A DNA stretch of 64,000 bases, taken from positions 378,118,292 to 378,182,291 of the forward strand of contig NC_058130.1 in NCBI RefSeq assembly GCF_016433145.1, read 5' to 3'. This DNA is from Gracilinanus agilis (Eukaryota). The translations under genes and the position numbers were made by a program. Below the pieces are notes generated by a model that ran no database searches, was not told where the DNA came from, and saw only the letters and a list, made by a program, of their open reading frames with translations. How positions within the stretch are numbered: position 1 is the stretch's first letter; each line of letters opens with the position of its first letter. Below, piece by piece: positions 50,630-62,826 of this stretch.

Positions 50630-50651
50630 ATTCCTTTTGCCTCGCAAAAAC
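50630..50651 (-). promoter_or_regulatory. Degenerate primer-binding-site-like sequence
   Basis: Directly after the LTR end: GTTTTTGCGAGGCAAAAGGAATTGAAC, with a TTGAAC TpsiC-loop complement; tRNA species not assignable. Confidence 0.4.
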
Positions 50652-51526
50652 TGTTATTACAAGGTTGTAATGTGGTTCTGGAGCAAGGTTAATTATGGGT
50701 ATTGAATCCTATGTGAGGCACTTAAGATATGATAGTGAACCCAAAAGGATCACCCACTGCAGTAGATATTGTCTGAATATGTTGAATCTGCTAATCCCAA
50801 ACACCAGATGGTAACAGTATCATGGGGCTACCAGCTAAGGAAGAAATCTGCTGTTATAATTGTACAGTTATTTATTCTCAACTGAAGCCCTGTGCCTTTG
50901 GATAACACTTGAGATTGATTGCAGATTGATCACTGTTTCTGCAAGATGTAATATTCCTCTTCCCTTAAATTATCCCAGGATATGTTCTACTAGAGCCCTA
51001 GGACTCTTGATGAAGCTAAAGTCAGATGTAAGTTTAAGATTATTTATTACTAATAGACTTAGGGAAGGAGGAGCAGGATAATGGTTGGGAGAAAGGGAAC
51101 AGGAAGTCCTTAACTAATTAAAGCTAATTATATTATTGATAATCTTTGAAAATACTGTTGATCAGGTTTGATAGATAATAGCCTGATTGTGCCAGACAGA
51201 CCCAAACTAAATCAAGGTTACTCTGCTGAATGAGATGTTGTTCTTCTTCTTGGTAGTGAAATTCAGGAATAGAGATTGATGAAGTAGATTTGTAGTTGGT
51301 TGTTGGTTCATGGTTGAATAAAGCTCACCTGAGGCCTACCCAAACCACCCTTCAACCCACTATCTCATTTCTGAGATCAAGTGGCTTCAAATTCCTGGCT
51401 TTTATACCTGAACCTAACTGCCCTTGGCTTCTGCCAAGCTCCTTCCAGGTTTGGTTCTTTCCGCATTCTAAGCAGGTAATTGTCCATCATCCTGACTTCA
51501 ACATGGCTGTCAAATATATTATTACA
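50652..51526 (-). mobile_element. ERV 5' LTR (875 bp)
   Basis: TGTAATAA...TAATAACA; TATAAAA at 51400-51406; AATAAA at ~51045 and ~50873; adjacent to PBS-like site and gag. Confidence 0.9.
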
Positions 51527-53290
51527 CTATGTATACTTCTGCTACTATGATAATTGTATGAATTTTTAAGAGTTACAGATATCATCTTTACATATAGGAA
51601 TATAAACAATTTGATCTTATTGGAGCTTTTAAATTTTTTCTCTTTCTTATTTACCTTTTTATGCTTCTCTTGAATTTTGTATTTGAACATCAGATTTTCT
51701 CCTTATGCCTAATTTTTTTTTCTTCAGGAACAGTTGAAAATCTTCTATTTTATTAAATGACCATACTCTCCCCTGAAAGAATATAGTCAGTTTTGACAGG
51801 GAGGTGATTCTTGGTTGTTAACCCAGTTCCCTTGCCTTCCAACATATCATATGCTAAGCCTTCCAGTCCTTCAGTGTGGTAGCTGCCAAATCCTATGTAA
51901 TCCAGACTGAGGCTTCATGATATATGAACTGTTTCTTTCTGGCTGTCTGTAATATTTTCTCCTTGGCCTGGGAACTCTTGTACTTGGCTATAACATTCCT
52001 GGGATTTCTCATTTTGGGATTTGTTGTAGGAGGGGATTTGTGGATTCTTTCAATTTCTATTTTACCCTCTTGTTCAAGAATATTAATGAAGTTTTCTTAG
52101 ATAATTTCTTGTAATATGACAGATAGTCTTTTTTTTTTTTGGTCCTGACTTTCAGATAGTCCAATAATACCTAAAATGTCTCTTCTGGATCTATTTTCTA
52201 GGTCACTTTTTTTCAATTAAATATTTCATATTTTCTTATATTTTTTATTCTTTTGTTTTTTCTTATTGTTTATTGATGTCTCATGAAGACACCAGATTCT
52301 GTTTGCTCATTTGTAGTATTTAAAGACTGAATTTCTTCCTTGACCTTTTGATCCTCCTTTTTCATTTGGTCCATTCTACTTTTCATGACACTTTTTTTTT
52401 GCCTCTTTTTCTAGTAGGTTAATTCTGTTTTACAAAAACTTTTTTTCCATTGGATTTTTGTGCCTCTTCTTTCCAGTTCACTAATTATGCCTTTTAAGCC
52501 ATTATTTTCTTTTTTGCATTACTTTCATTTTTTTCCATTTTTCTTCCCATTTTCTTCAACCTGTCTTATTTGATTTTTGAATGCCTTTTCGAATTCTTCT
52601 AGTGCTTGAGACCATTTTCCATTTTTCTTTGAAGTTTTGCATGCAGTTACTTAGATCTCACCGTCCCCTGTTGGTTCTGTGCTTTGCTTTTTGCCCTAAA
52701 GATTTTAGAAATCTTTAAGGGTTAAATGTTTCTTTTTGCTATTTGCTCATTTTCCCAATCTTTTTTTTCTGCCTGTGAACTGGAAATTCTGAAAGCTGCT
52801 TGCTGATTGTGTTTCCTTTGCAGCTGGCTTATAGGGATTGCTACTGTGAGCTATTTTACCCTGAGGGTAGGTCTTCAGCACAGCAAAGCAAGTTTGAAAG
52901 GGGCCACCGCTATGGACTTCTGGGCTTCATAGTGGGCTAGTATCAGAGTCTGGGACTTCAAGGGGTGGGTCTGAGGTGCTCTTTTGTTGGGGTAGCCACA
53001 TCCAGGATCTCAAAGTTAGCCTATGGCCATCATAGAACCTGATGCAGTAGGTGGAAGGTGGTCAGCCAGCACTACTCTGTGTGCAGTTTTGCTTCTGATT
53101 CCCCCTTATCCCATAAAAATCAACTGCCTTGGCCTATATTTCAAGTTGTATTCTGAGGGAGACCTCTCTCAATCTGTCTTGTTGTTGGTTTTTGACTCCT
53201 ATAATTTTGAGGTGCTTTTTAAAGATTGGTTAGGAAGGATTTTCAGAGCAGTTTCAGCCTTTGCTGCTACTAAGCCATCATTTTGGCTCC
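51527..53290 (-). mobile_element. L1 5' portion (5' UTR, ORF1, start of spacer), continuation of 38420-41991
   Basis: ORF1 complement (same family as 415-699); 5' end GGAGCCAAAATGATGGC at ~53290. Confidence 0.88.
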
Positions 53291-53329
53291 ACTACTGAAT
53301 CTCACAATCTTATGAGTAAAACAACATGC

Positions 53330-54960
53330 ATACAACTAAGTACAAATGAAATACAGGGTAAATTGGAGATAAGCTTAGAAGGAAGGCAATAGCATTAAGG
53401 GGCACTAGAAAAAGCATCTTCTAGAAGGTGGTATTTTAGATGGGATATGAAGGAATCTAGAGAAACGAGGAGATGAAGATGAGAAGGGAAAGAATTCCAT
53501 GCATCAGGGACAGTCAGTGAAAATGCTTAGCATCAGGCTATAGCATTATTTGTGTAAAGAACAGCTAGGAGGACAGAGTTACTAGACTACAGAGTATGGG
53601 GGAGGTGGGGTAAAGTGTAAGAAGACTGAAAATATAGGGGAGACATGTTAGAAGAATTTTTAAAAGCCAACCAGATTTTATATATGATCCTAGAGATAAC
53701 ATGAGTCTTAAGAATTTAATGATGGAGGAGGCAGGGTGAGGTGGTCATATATGAATGAGCTTTAGGAAAATCATTTTAAGAAATGAGTGGCGAATAGACT
53801 GGAGAGACTTGAGGCCAGGTGTTATAGGTGAATTTGGGAAAGGTGTTAGGTTAAAGGGGATTTGGAAGGGATGTTCTCAGGGACTGGCTAGGTAGGTAAT
53901 ATGGGTTGCAGGTAGGATGTAATAGTGAGATGCAGGATATAATACGAGGCTGAAGTCAGGGAGTATAACACTGATGTAACAAAAATTTCCAGGGAAAGGA
54001 TGAATTAATCTAAACAAGCAGAAAGCAGCAGGGCTTATAGACTAGGACTTAGACTAAAGACAAAGTGAAGGGAAATAGACTGATTGAAATTAACTACAGG
54101 CTTTAGTTCATTTCACAGGAAGGGACTGCAGTTACACCTTCCTTCAAGATGGATACCCCGGCTTCCCTTCAAGCCCAGAGTATGTTGATTCTATTCCTCT
54201 TCTTCCCTTTTCTTACTAATTAACTGACAAAGTAACTAACAGGTCTGTTTAAACACAAAAGGGGTTTATTGTCTTCTCAGGTCAAATTGTCAGGTAAAAG
54301 GAATTAAAGGAAGCCCTAACAGTTGCTTAAAGAAACCTCAGGTTAGGGAAGGGAAGCAGAGATGGAGTTTAGCAAGTTCCTGCCTTGACTCAACTCTCAA
54401 GGTGATCTTGAAATCAAAAGGGATTATGATGATAACTACCTAACCTCTCTCGATAAAATGCTGCAAGAGTATAGCTAAACTCTCACAGATTTGAAACTGC
54501 TCTCTGATTCACTCTCCTTACTCACTCCTATCAGACATTTAGGTAAGGGAAAGGAAGGTAGGGAAATGAGGTAGAGTATGGAGATTCAAAGGGTTTATCT
54601 AAATTAACAAATCTCAAAAAACACTCCAAAACTAGGCTAGGTTTCAATCTTCAGAAAGGAGATACAGAAGCTCAGCTGGCCCTGGCTCTCTCCACGAGGT
54701 CCCAGGTCCAACTGAAACTCTTCTCCAAGATTCTAAACTCCTAACTGACATCAGAACTCAGTCAAAGCCTGCAAAACTGCTCTGTCCCCCTCTCTCTGTA
54801 CTACACAGGAGACCAACCACAAGACAATTACAATACTCCAAGCATGAGAGGAGAAGGGCTTGCACCAGGGTAGGAAAAGTGTAAGAGGAGAGAAGATGAA
54901 GTATAGAAAATATGTTTAAAAGGTAGAAGAAATAGATCTTTGCAACTGGTTAGATATGGG
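53330..54960 (-). mobile_element. L2 fragment split by a solo LTR (53330-53819, 54806-54960)
   Basis: Purine-rich L2 complement (AGAAGGTGGTATTTTAGATGGG, GAGACCAACCACAAGACAATTACAATACTCCAAGC). Confidence 0.7.
53820..54805 (-). mobile_element. Solo ERV1-type LTR (986 bp)
   Basis: TG...CA ends, perfect 4-bp TSD CAGG (53816-53819, 54806-54809), GGGGTTTATTG (minus AATAAA) at ~54265. Confidence 0.85.
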
Positions 54961-55194
54961 GTCCATTAGAGAGACCACTGGGTTGGGTATGATAGGCTGG
55001 AGGTAAAAAAAAACTTGAATTTGTACCTATTGACTTTTAAAGTTGCTTTTATATCTTTATGGATGAGCCTATGTTTCTTAACATAATGTTTGGGGAAGCA
55101 CACTGGTATATAAAGTTATTTAAATATATTTTTTTAGATTGTAGATGCTAATAAGTACTTTCAAAAAGCCAAGATTACATTCTGTGGTCTAGCC

Positions 55195-55403
55195 CAGTGA
55201 TGGGCAAACTATGTCCTGGCCTGAGGGCCAGATGCAGCCCCCTGAAATGTTCTATCCAGCTGCTCTACATTATTCCTAATCTGACGAATACAAGGAGTAG
55301 GATACAATACAAAGAAACTTCGAAAGAGTTGCCTTAGAAACAGATTGACAGATGAGCATTTCCTTTCCTTTGGCCCCCTTTATAAAAAATTTGTCCATCA
55401 CTG
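55195..55403. mobile_element. hAT (Charlie-like) MITE
   Basis: TIRs CAGTGATGGGCAAA / TTTGTCCATCACTG; TSD GTCTAGCC/GTCTAGAC (7/8). Confidence 0.88.
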
Positions 55404-55784
55404 GTCTAGACTGTAAAGGATTGATTTGGGACTATTAATCTCCTAACTCTATGTATACACTATCTAAGATAAATGTATGTTAAAATTCCATGTGATAACA
55501 AAAGACCAAAAACTCCTGGTTGCAGCTAAAAACAAAGACAAAAATATAGAAAGAGTTCATGATACATGGAGGGGTTGGACAAGAAGACCTCTAGGTTGCT
55601 TTCAACTTGGCAAATCTATGATTCTCAACAAAAGAATTCCCGATGAGAAATATAGCTAAGATCGAATTACTAAACAAATAGAACTAATTGAAATGAAGGT
55701 TCATTAGTTATTGACAAGTTTCAGCTTTAACAAAACTCTAAAACTTATGACCCAGAATGTTTATGGAGATTATTCAATGAATTT

Positions 55785-56040
55785 ATAGAATCACAGAGCT
55801 GGAAGGTATCTCGGGGCCATATAGCTCAACTATTACCCAAGTAAGAATCTTTTCTACAAGATCCCCAACAAGTTGCTATCCAGTCTCGACTTGAATGCAC
55901 CAATGACAAAGAAATTACTACCTCATATGCTATTTTAATGCCACTGTAATTTTCATCTGCTTACCAGAAATGTTGTCCTGCTTTTTATTTGCCTTCTGGA
56001 TCCACACAGAAAAATGTCCTAACCTTCCTTCACCACTGAA
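55785..56040 (-). mobile_element. L3/CR1 3' fragment
   Basis: AGAATCACAGAGCTGGAAGG...CTACAAGATCCCCAACAAG...TATCCAGTCTCGACTTGAA. Confidence 0.55.
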
Positions 56041-56504
56041 TTTATTTGAACTTGGTAAACTTGTCCACAAAATTACTGAGCCAGCAGATACAAAGAATAA
56101 TTTTTTAGACCTTAGAAAAATTTTAATTTTAATTAAATTTAATTTGAATTCCAAATAAGAGATTCTTGTTCAGTGACAAGGCTAAAATCCAGAGGAAGTG
56201 AATCACTAGTATTCTCTCTGATAAAGGGAAATTGAGCTAAATGGAAGTATGACTTAAAGCTTCTCTTTGGAGAGACAATAAAGATGACAAAGTTAACTTT
56301 ATTGCACATCCAAAGGCAACAAGAAACGTCATTTTATTTGATACTTAGTTATCTCATATTATAGTGTTCATGGTAAGCATTGCAAAAAGACCATTATAAA
56401 GATAATTTCAGCTTAGGCAAGAACTTCTGTTACAAAGGATGAGGAAACAGAGAAATTCTATTCAGATTTTAATAATACCCTTCAGACTAACATTTTAAAA
56501 ACTC

Positions 56505-57190
56505 AGCTAGGTAGCTTGCTAGATGGAGCACCAGGCCTGGAGTTGGGAAGTCCTGGGTTCAAATATGGCCTCAGACACTTCCTAGCTATGTAAACTTATG
56601 CAAGTCACTTAACCCTATTTGCCTAGTCCTTGCCTTTCTATCTTAGAGTTGTTACAAAGACAGAAAATAAGGATTAAAAGGATTTCAATTAACTTAATAC
56701 AAAAGTGGATTTAGAGGAGGATAGTGTGTATGTATACATGGATATTTATATTGGAATATATAGTTTAAAAAGAACAAATACTGTACAAGGGCAAAAGCCT
56801 TTAGACCAGCCAGAAGCCCCATGCCTCTCTGCATATCATGAATAATTTATTTAAGAACCTCAGGAATCAATGACATGGCAAACACCACATTCAGCTACAC
56901 AGAAAACATGAAATTGATTTTAAAATATAGGAAATGACTGATTACTCATGTGGTGAGTAATATCTGATAGAGTAAAAAAATAAAAATCAGTACCAACTTA
57001 AGAAAAATGAAAGCTGTGTTATATAACCCATTTAAAAAGCTGTTAATGGGGTAGCTAAGTGGTTCAGTGGATTCAAAGCCAGACCTAGAGACAGGAAGTC
57101 CTGGGTTCAAATCTGACCTCAGACAATTCCTAGCTGTGCAACTCTAGGCAAGTCACAGTACATACTTTTGATTCTAAGATGGGAGATAGA
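56505..57190 (+). mobile_element. Two CORE-SINEs (56505-56680 and 57048-57190)
   Basis: CCTGGGTTCAAAT-TGGCCTCAGACA-TTCCTAGCT heads in both. Confidence 0.75.
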
Positions 57191-57984
57191 GGGTTTTTTT
57201 TTAAAGGTTATTATTACTGAAAAAGGAAAAGTAGAAAAAAGGACACATGCAAACACTATCAACATTTCCTAAGGAAGTTTAACTAATATAAATCAGTTTT
57301 CACAACAAGGAGGCAAAAAGAACCTAGAAACGACTTCAACCAGAAAACCTTTGATCTCGTTCTCAAATACATAGATACAACAGCCAACAGAAACAATGTC
57401 CAGAATATTAACTTGTTTATAAAATCTTATAAGAAGAACAGAGGATTACGAAAAGTATCACTTCATAAAATTGTGAAAGTGAGGAGAAAAATAACTTTAA
57501 AAAGTTCAATAAAAGGTTCAGTTTTACCAGATGATCCTCAAAATACTTAAGAATAAAATTGAAAGCTCAACAAACAGGCAAAAATGCAAAATACAGATCT
57601 GTGAAGATATCTTTAATAAACCCTCTTATCCTAATCCTACCACTAACAATGTAGTCACTATATTTGAACTTTAACATCCCAGTCTGCAATGAGATGCCTA
57701 TGAAAACAGAAATTGCCCTAAAGAAAACAATGAGGAAAGAACATTAAACCAAGAGATGAAGTCTATGCAGGAGGAGACATAATTTTGAAGGTATTAAAAG
57801 ATTCATTTTCAAAAATATTCTGAAGAGGGGAGGTATTCAAATACCTGGAAAAAAATTACAGTTTTATGATTAACAAAATGGGTGAATATGAAAAGGGACA
57901 ATATACCTACTGTCCAATTTCTATAGTCTTTATGATAATATGTGTATATAGTTTTTTGTTGTGTGTGTGTGTGTTTTTTTTCAG

Positions 57985-58200
57985 TCCTTTTAGACTGTTT
58001 ATGATTCTATTTGCAGCTTCCTTCAGATACTGGAGTGGTTTGCCATTTCCTTCTCTAACTCATTTTACAGATGAGGAAACTGAGGCAGAGTTAAGTGACA
58101 TGTCTAAGATCACACACTTAGTTGTGTCTAAGGCTGAATCTGAACTCAGGTCTCCCTGATACCCCCAATACTCTATTTACTGTGCCATCTAGACACCCTG
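57985..58200 (-). mobile_element. MAR1-type SINE
   Basis: AGATACTGGAGTGGTTTGCCATTTCCTTCTC-AACTCATTTTACAGATGAGGAAACTGAGGCA. Confidence 0.8.
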
Positions 58201-59196
58201 TTTATACAGCAGGTTTTCACAAATGATATTCTACAATGAAACACATTTATAATGACATAATGTCCTAAAGGTAAAACAAGAGAATCCAAGATCCCATCTT
58301 ATTTATTGTTTGTTGATTTATTGTAGGGTTGAAACTACTCCCCTTATTTTAACCTTAAACATTTACCCAGTGAAAATAAATCTAAATTAATAAAAATTAT
58401 ACTTAACTAAGTGTGAAAAGTTTGTTTGTTTTTAAAGTGTAGGATAAAGTGAAATGATGCCTGGAAATGTGTTCAAAGTGGTTAAGAGATTTCATCATGC
58501 CCTCTAGGTTCTGTATAAAAAGTATCAACTTATCTGGAATTATGGAGTTCCAGAAAGTGTATCAAGTGTCAGACCTCTAAAACAAACCTATGAAAAAGAA
58601 CTGCCTGGTGAGGTGTGAAGTCAGCATGTGACTGAAGGGATCCAGTTTCATTTGAGTTTTACACCACTGGATGAAGGGAGGGCATAACTTGGAATCAAGA
58701 AGACCCGGGTTTAAATTCAGCATCTGACACATCCTGGCTCTATAAGGAAAGGGAAGTAGTGATTTCTCAATGCTCTAAGCTCTTCTAAAAGACTATCATA
58801 GATCAGCCATCAATCTGCTGTTGAAAGAAAGGTTTCTATACTAGGAGTTTCCTAAACAGATAAAATCACAGGTCCACACCAAAAAAGGAATTTTTTAGAC
58901 AAAAAAAAAATTTTCATCTCACAAACTTTGATTAAACAGGAAATAATTTATGGCAGTTACAAAGGGACAAAAGTAGGTTTGATGTTAGGAAAATTTTCCA
59001 AACAGTTAAGAGTTTTTCTAAAGTGGACTGAGCTGCCTCAAAAGGGTATGGGTTTCTCCTTATTAGAGATCCTTAGGCAGAGGCTAGATGACTGCGTAAG
59101 TAAATAGTGGTGGGAATTCCTTTCATATATGATCAAATGGCCACTGAATTCCTACTCACTATCAAATTCTGTAATTCCATTAAAAGATTATAGACA

Positions 59197-59590
59197 GGGG
59201 AAAGCTGGATGACTCAGTGGATAATAACTCCTGGATATGGGAGGTCCTGGGTTCAAATCTGCCCTCAAACACTTCCTAGCTGTGTGACCCTGGACAAGTC
59301 ACTTAACTCCCTTGCCTAGCCTTAACACTCTTCTGCTTTAGACGGAATGTAAGGGATTAAAGGGGGGATGGTGGTTTACAGACAAAGAAACCATTTAGAA
59401 ACATGCTACCATAACAGAATATACTAGATTAGATTTTGGCAATGTGGACTTAATTCTAAGACAGAAAAACCACAAGGGCTAGGCAATTATGATAAAGTAG
59501 TCACAGCATTAGGAAATATCTGAAGCTACATTTGAACCCAGCTCCTCCCAGGTCTTTGCTGGACTCTCTATCGACTGAGCCACCTAGCTT
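59197..59590. mobile_element. Two CORE-SINEs: 59197-59370 (+) and 59450-59590 (-)
   Basis: GACTCAGTGGATA...CCTGGGTTCAAATCTG; and AGGGCTAGGCAATT...TTTGAACCCAG. Confidence 0.7.
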
Positions 59591-61481
59591 CAACCCTTTA
59601 GTATTGAATAATGAGATTCCCTCTAGTTTACCCTGACTATATCCAATAATTGCATATGGTTATTTGCATATTGTCTCTTCCATTAGAATGTGAGCTCCTT
59701 GGTGGGCATGGACTGTCTTTTGGCTTTCATGGTTTTTTTTCTTTTTAATTTAATTTGACTTGATCTTCATCATAGCCTGAGAGATAAGTTCTACATGTAT
59801 TACTGTTCTCATTTTATAGGTGAGGAAACTAAGGCAGAGATTGTTTAAGTGATTTGCCCATGATCATTCAATTTGTAAATACCAGAAGTAGGCTTTTTAA
59901 ACCCCAAATTTAGGCCTCTTTCTACTATACCTTAAAATGGTTATTAATCTGTCCTTGGAGATACTCAGTAAAAGGATGAGAGAAATAACTTGGCACACAA
60001 TAAAGAAGAAAGTTCATTTCAGGAGCTCTTTTTCCCCCACTTTGTATTTCTCTTGTCAAGATCTTTGAAAACTATGGCAAGGACCCCTCACTGCATGAAA
60101 ACTGAAAAACAAAACTAAATACACTGTTTTAGATGAACAAAGCAATGAATGTCAGACTCCAGGGTAGAGAAAGGAATTAATTAGTTAAAAACATTTTGAG
60201 TTCCTATCATGTACCAAGCATTCTGCAAGCCACTAGGGGGAAAAAAAAAAAGATGTTTTAGCTCCTTGCTCCTGCTCAATTTCAATAGGTGTGAAAGCCT
60301 TTGTTTTAGGCATCAAAAAGATACTTCATTTTATCTGGGCGCTCCTTTCCTGCACTAATCTTAATCACTCTTCAGATAACCAGAGCCTTTAGCAGGTCTT
60401 TTGTTTTTTGTATCCTGATATAGAACACCAAACATGAAGGTTTACTAAGAAAAGAAAACACTGTACTCATTTTCCATTCTTATGGTCTCACCCAGCTTTT
60501 AAACTTCCCTGTAATAGCACACTATTCAAGAAGGTTGGAAAATGTTCCTTTTCATATCTGTGAAAACAAACTTTCTCTCATAAGAGGAAGCTATCAGTAA
60601 CATCAAGCCCTTGCTTATCTTTTTGGCTGCCACCTTTGGACATTAGGTAAACCATGAAAGAATTGGCAGCCCACTGAAAGGGGAATTCGCATCAGCTCAG
60701 AACCTGCCAGGACAATGGCACAAGGCTGTACAGTCCCTGCCTTTTATTCTAGTTCCCCGTATCCTAATTAAACATTTTTTCTGGATATTTTTACTGAATA
60801 GATAAGCCACAAGAATGAGCAGGATTTTAAGAAAATAACAGCAAACTCTTTCTTTATGCCCCAGAAAAAGGCATTGTCCTTCCTAAGAGATTAAATCATC
60901 CCTTTCCATTTTTGTTCCATTACAGGCATGAATTCATCTCCATAAAGCAGACTTTATGCCCATGCAAGTCAAACTATCAAATGCCCTTTTTGAAATGTAT
61001 TCTTTTTTTAGCTTTTACATAATAATAATGATATATGATTAACTAGCATGATCTCACTGGAGATTAAAAGGCTGGAAACGTGTTGAATGTTATTGGTTCT
61101 ATTTAATGTTATTATAAGACTTTCATATCAAACAGCTTATTTGGAGTTATTATCATTATTATTCATTGCATTTAGAAAAACTACATCTGAACAATGAGTA
61201 AGTAACAACAATAGCCTTCTGGGAAGTATTATCTTCTGGGGATTTTCTGAGAAAAAATATCACTGGGATGTGAGTGGAGGCTTTATTTTTACTTCAGTTT
61301 CCATAAAGATGCTAAGTCATTATAATTAGAATAAGGCTGCTCTATTCAGGGTGATGAGCAACCTATGGCTATGGCAGGCTTTCTTCTGGGAGCTAAAGAG
61401 AGGCAGCACAGCACAGTGGGGCACACTGGACAGGGAGACAAGACCTGGGTTTGTAATTTTCCCATTACAGGTTCCACTCAC

Positions 61482-61850
61482 CTGGAGCCAGCTCTCACCC
61501 ATTTACAGGCCTATTGTTATTTTTTTTCATGGTGAGCATTTACACCTCGGAAATGGCAGTTGCTATAAATCAGTCTAATTATTTTGTTGACTGTCTAGAC
61601 CAGTGGTTCCCAAACTTTTTTGGCCTACCATCCCCTTTCCAGAAAAAATATTACTTAGGCCCCTGGAAATTAATTTTTTTTATTTTAATAGCTATTAATA
61701 GGAAAGATAAATGCACCTGTGGCCATAACTGCCCCCCCCCCGATTGCTGCAGGACGCACAAGGGGGCGATGGCACCCACTTTGGGAATCACTGATCTAGA
61801 CTTAAGAAAATGATGGGGAAAATGTTAATAATACATGCTAAATTTAAAAG
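61482..61850. mobile_element. MER63-like ancient hAT element interrupted by a younger hAT MITE
   Basis: CTGGAGCCAGCTC..., ATTTACACCTCGGAAAT-GGCA...CTA-AAATCAG, TGTCTAGACTTAAGAAA-TGATGG-GAAAATGTTAATAAT (recognised from memory). Confidence 0.55.
61601..61793. mobile_element. hAT (Charlie/MER30-like) MITE
   Basis: TIRs CAGTGGTTCCCAAA / TTTGGGAATCACTG; TSD GTCTAGAC/ATCTAGAC (7/8). Confidence 0.88.
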
Positions 61851-62826
61851 TCCCATTGGCAGATTTTTTTCATACAGACAGTTGTCAAACATTTAGCATC
61901 ACTCTTCTGATTCCATTACCAAATTATGTATTTTCTATAAATTTTAACCTTAGGCTGGTTGCTTCTCCATTCTGATCAGCTTCCTACTCTGTATAAAGGG
62001 AATTATAGCAAGACCTGCTTTATGAGGTTGGGGTCAGGATTACCTGAGGTAATGTTTGTAAAGTATATTTGTTCTTTACATACATTTAATTATGTATATA
62101 TATGTATATATATGTGTGTGTGTGTGTATATATGTTTACATATGTATAATTAAAAAGAATACATAAAGTACATTATTGATTTTTTCTGATCACATACTTA
62201 TCACTGAATATTTGCCCTTTAATTTTAACTCACCTGGCATCTACAAAATGGGAATGAATAAAATTGCCCTCTCTGTAGTTCATAGGGAGGTTCTGAGAGA
62301 CTCATAAGCCAAAAATCTCTCAGAAGATACTTTTAAAATAGTAGCTGTAGCTTATCAGATAACAGGCATTCTGTTCACTATGGACAAAGATAAGGTCTGG
62401 ACTCCAATACTTTATAATTTTGCTTAGGAGAAAGTAATATAACAAAGTGTTTTATGACAGTTAAAGATCATAAGAAATTGGACAAAGTAGTTCATAAATA
62501 ATTAGAAAATTAGTTGCTTTGGCAACCCAGGCATTCACAGAAGAGCGAGATCATCTGGACTGGGGGGAAAGGAGGAAGGGAATGGTAAGAGAAGGCTTCC
62601 TTGGGAGATTTGGAACTAAGCTGTGTCAATATTGACAGCCTCTGTGTAATAGGAACCAATGAGCAGGAAGGAAACAATTAAGATATTTTATGAAATAGAC
62701 TCCCGTTGGCCTAACTGGTATGGAGAGATGATCATCCTCTACTATACAGCTGTGTCACTCAGAACAGTAGAAAAAGGCTGGAAATATTTTTAATGTTGTA
62801 GGTGAGCTACTTAGTAGGTAACTTAC

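Larger units (their letters stand above)
42482..50651 (-). mobile_element. Internal region of a class I (gamma/epsilon-like) ERV: gag - extension - pro - pol, no recognisable env
   Basis: Gag, protease, RT, RNase H and integrase motifs in retroviral order; many stops and frameshifts. Confidence 0.93.

Noticed and set aside
61470-61570. Minus-strand exon ending in CAG|GTGAGT
   Set aside because: All frames from the best acceptor close, and the region is MER63-like transposon sequence.
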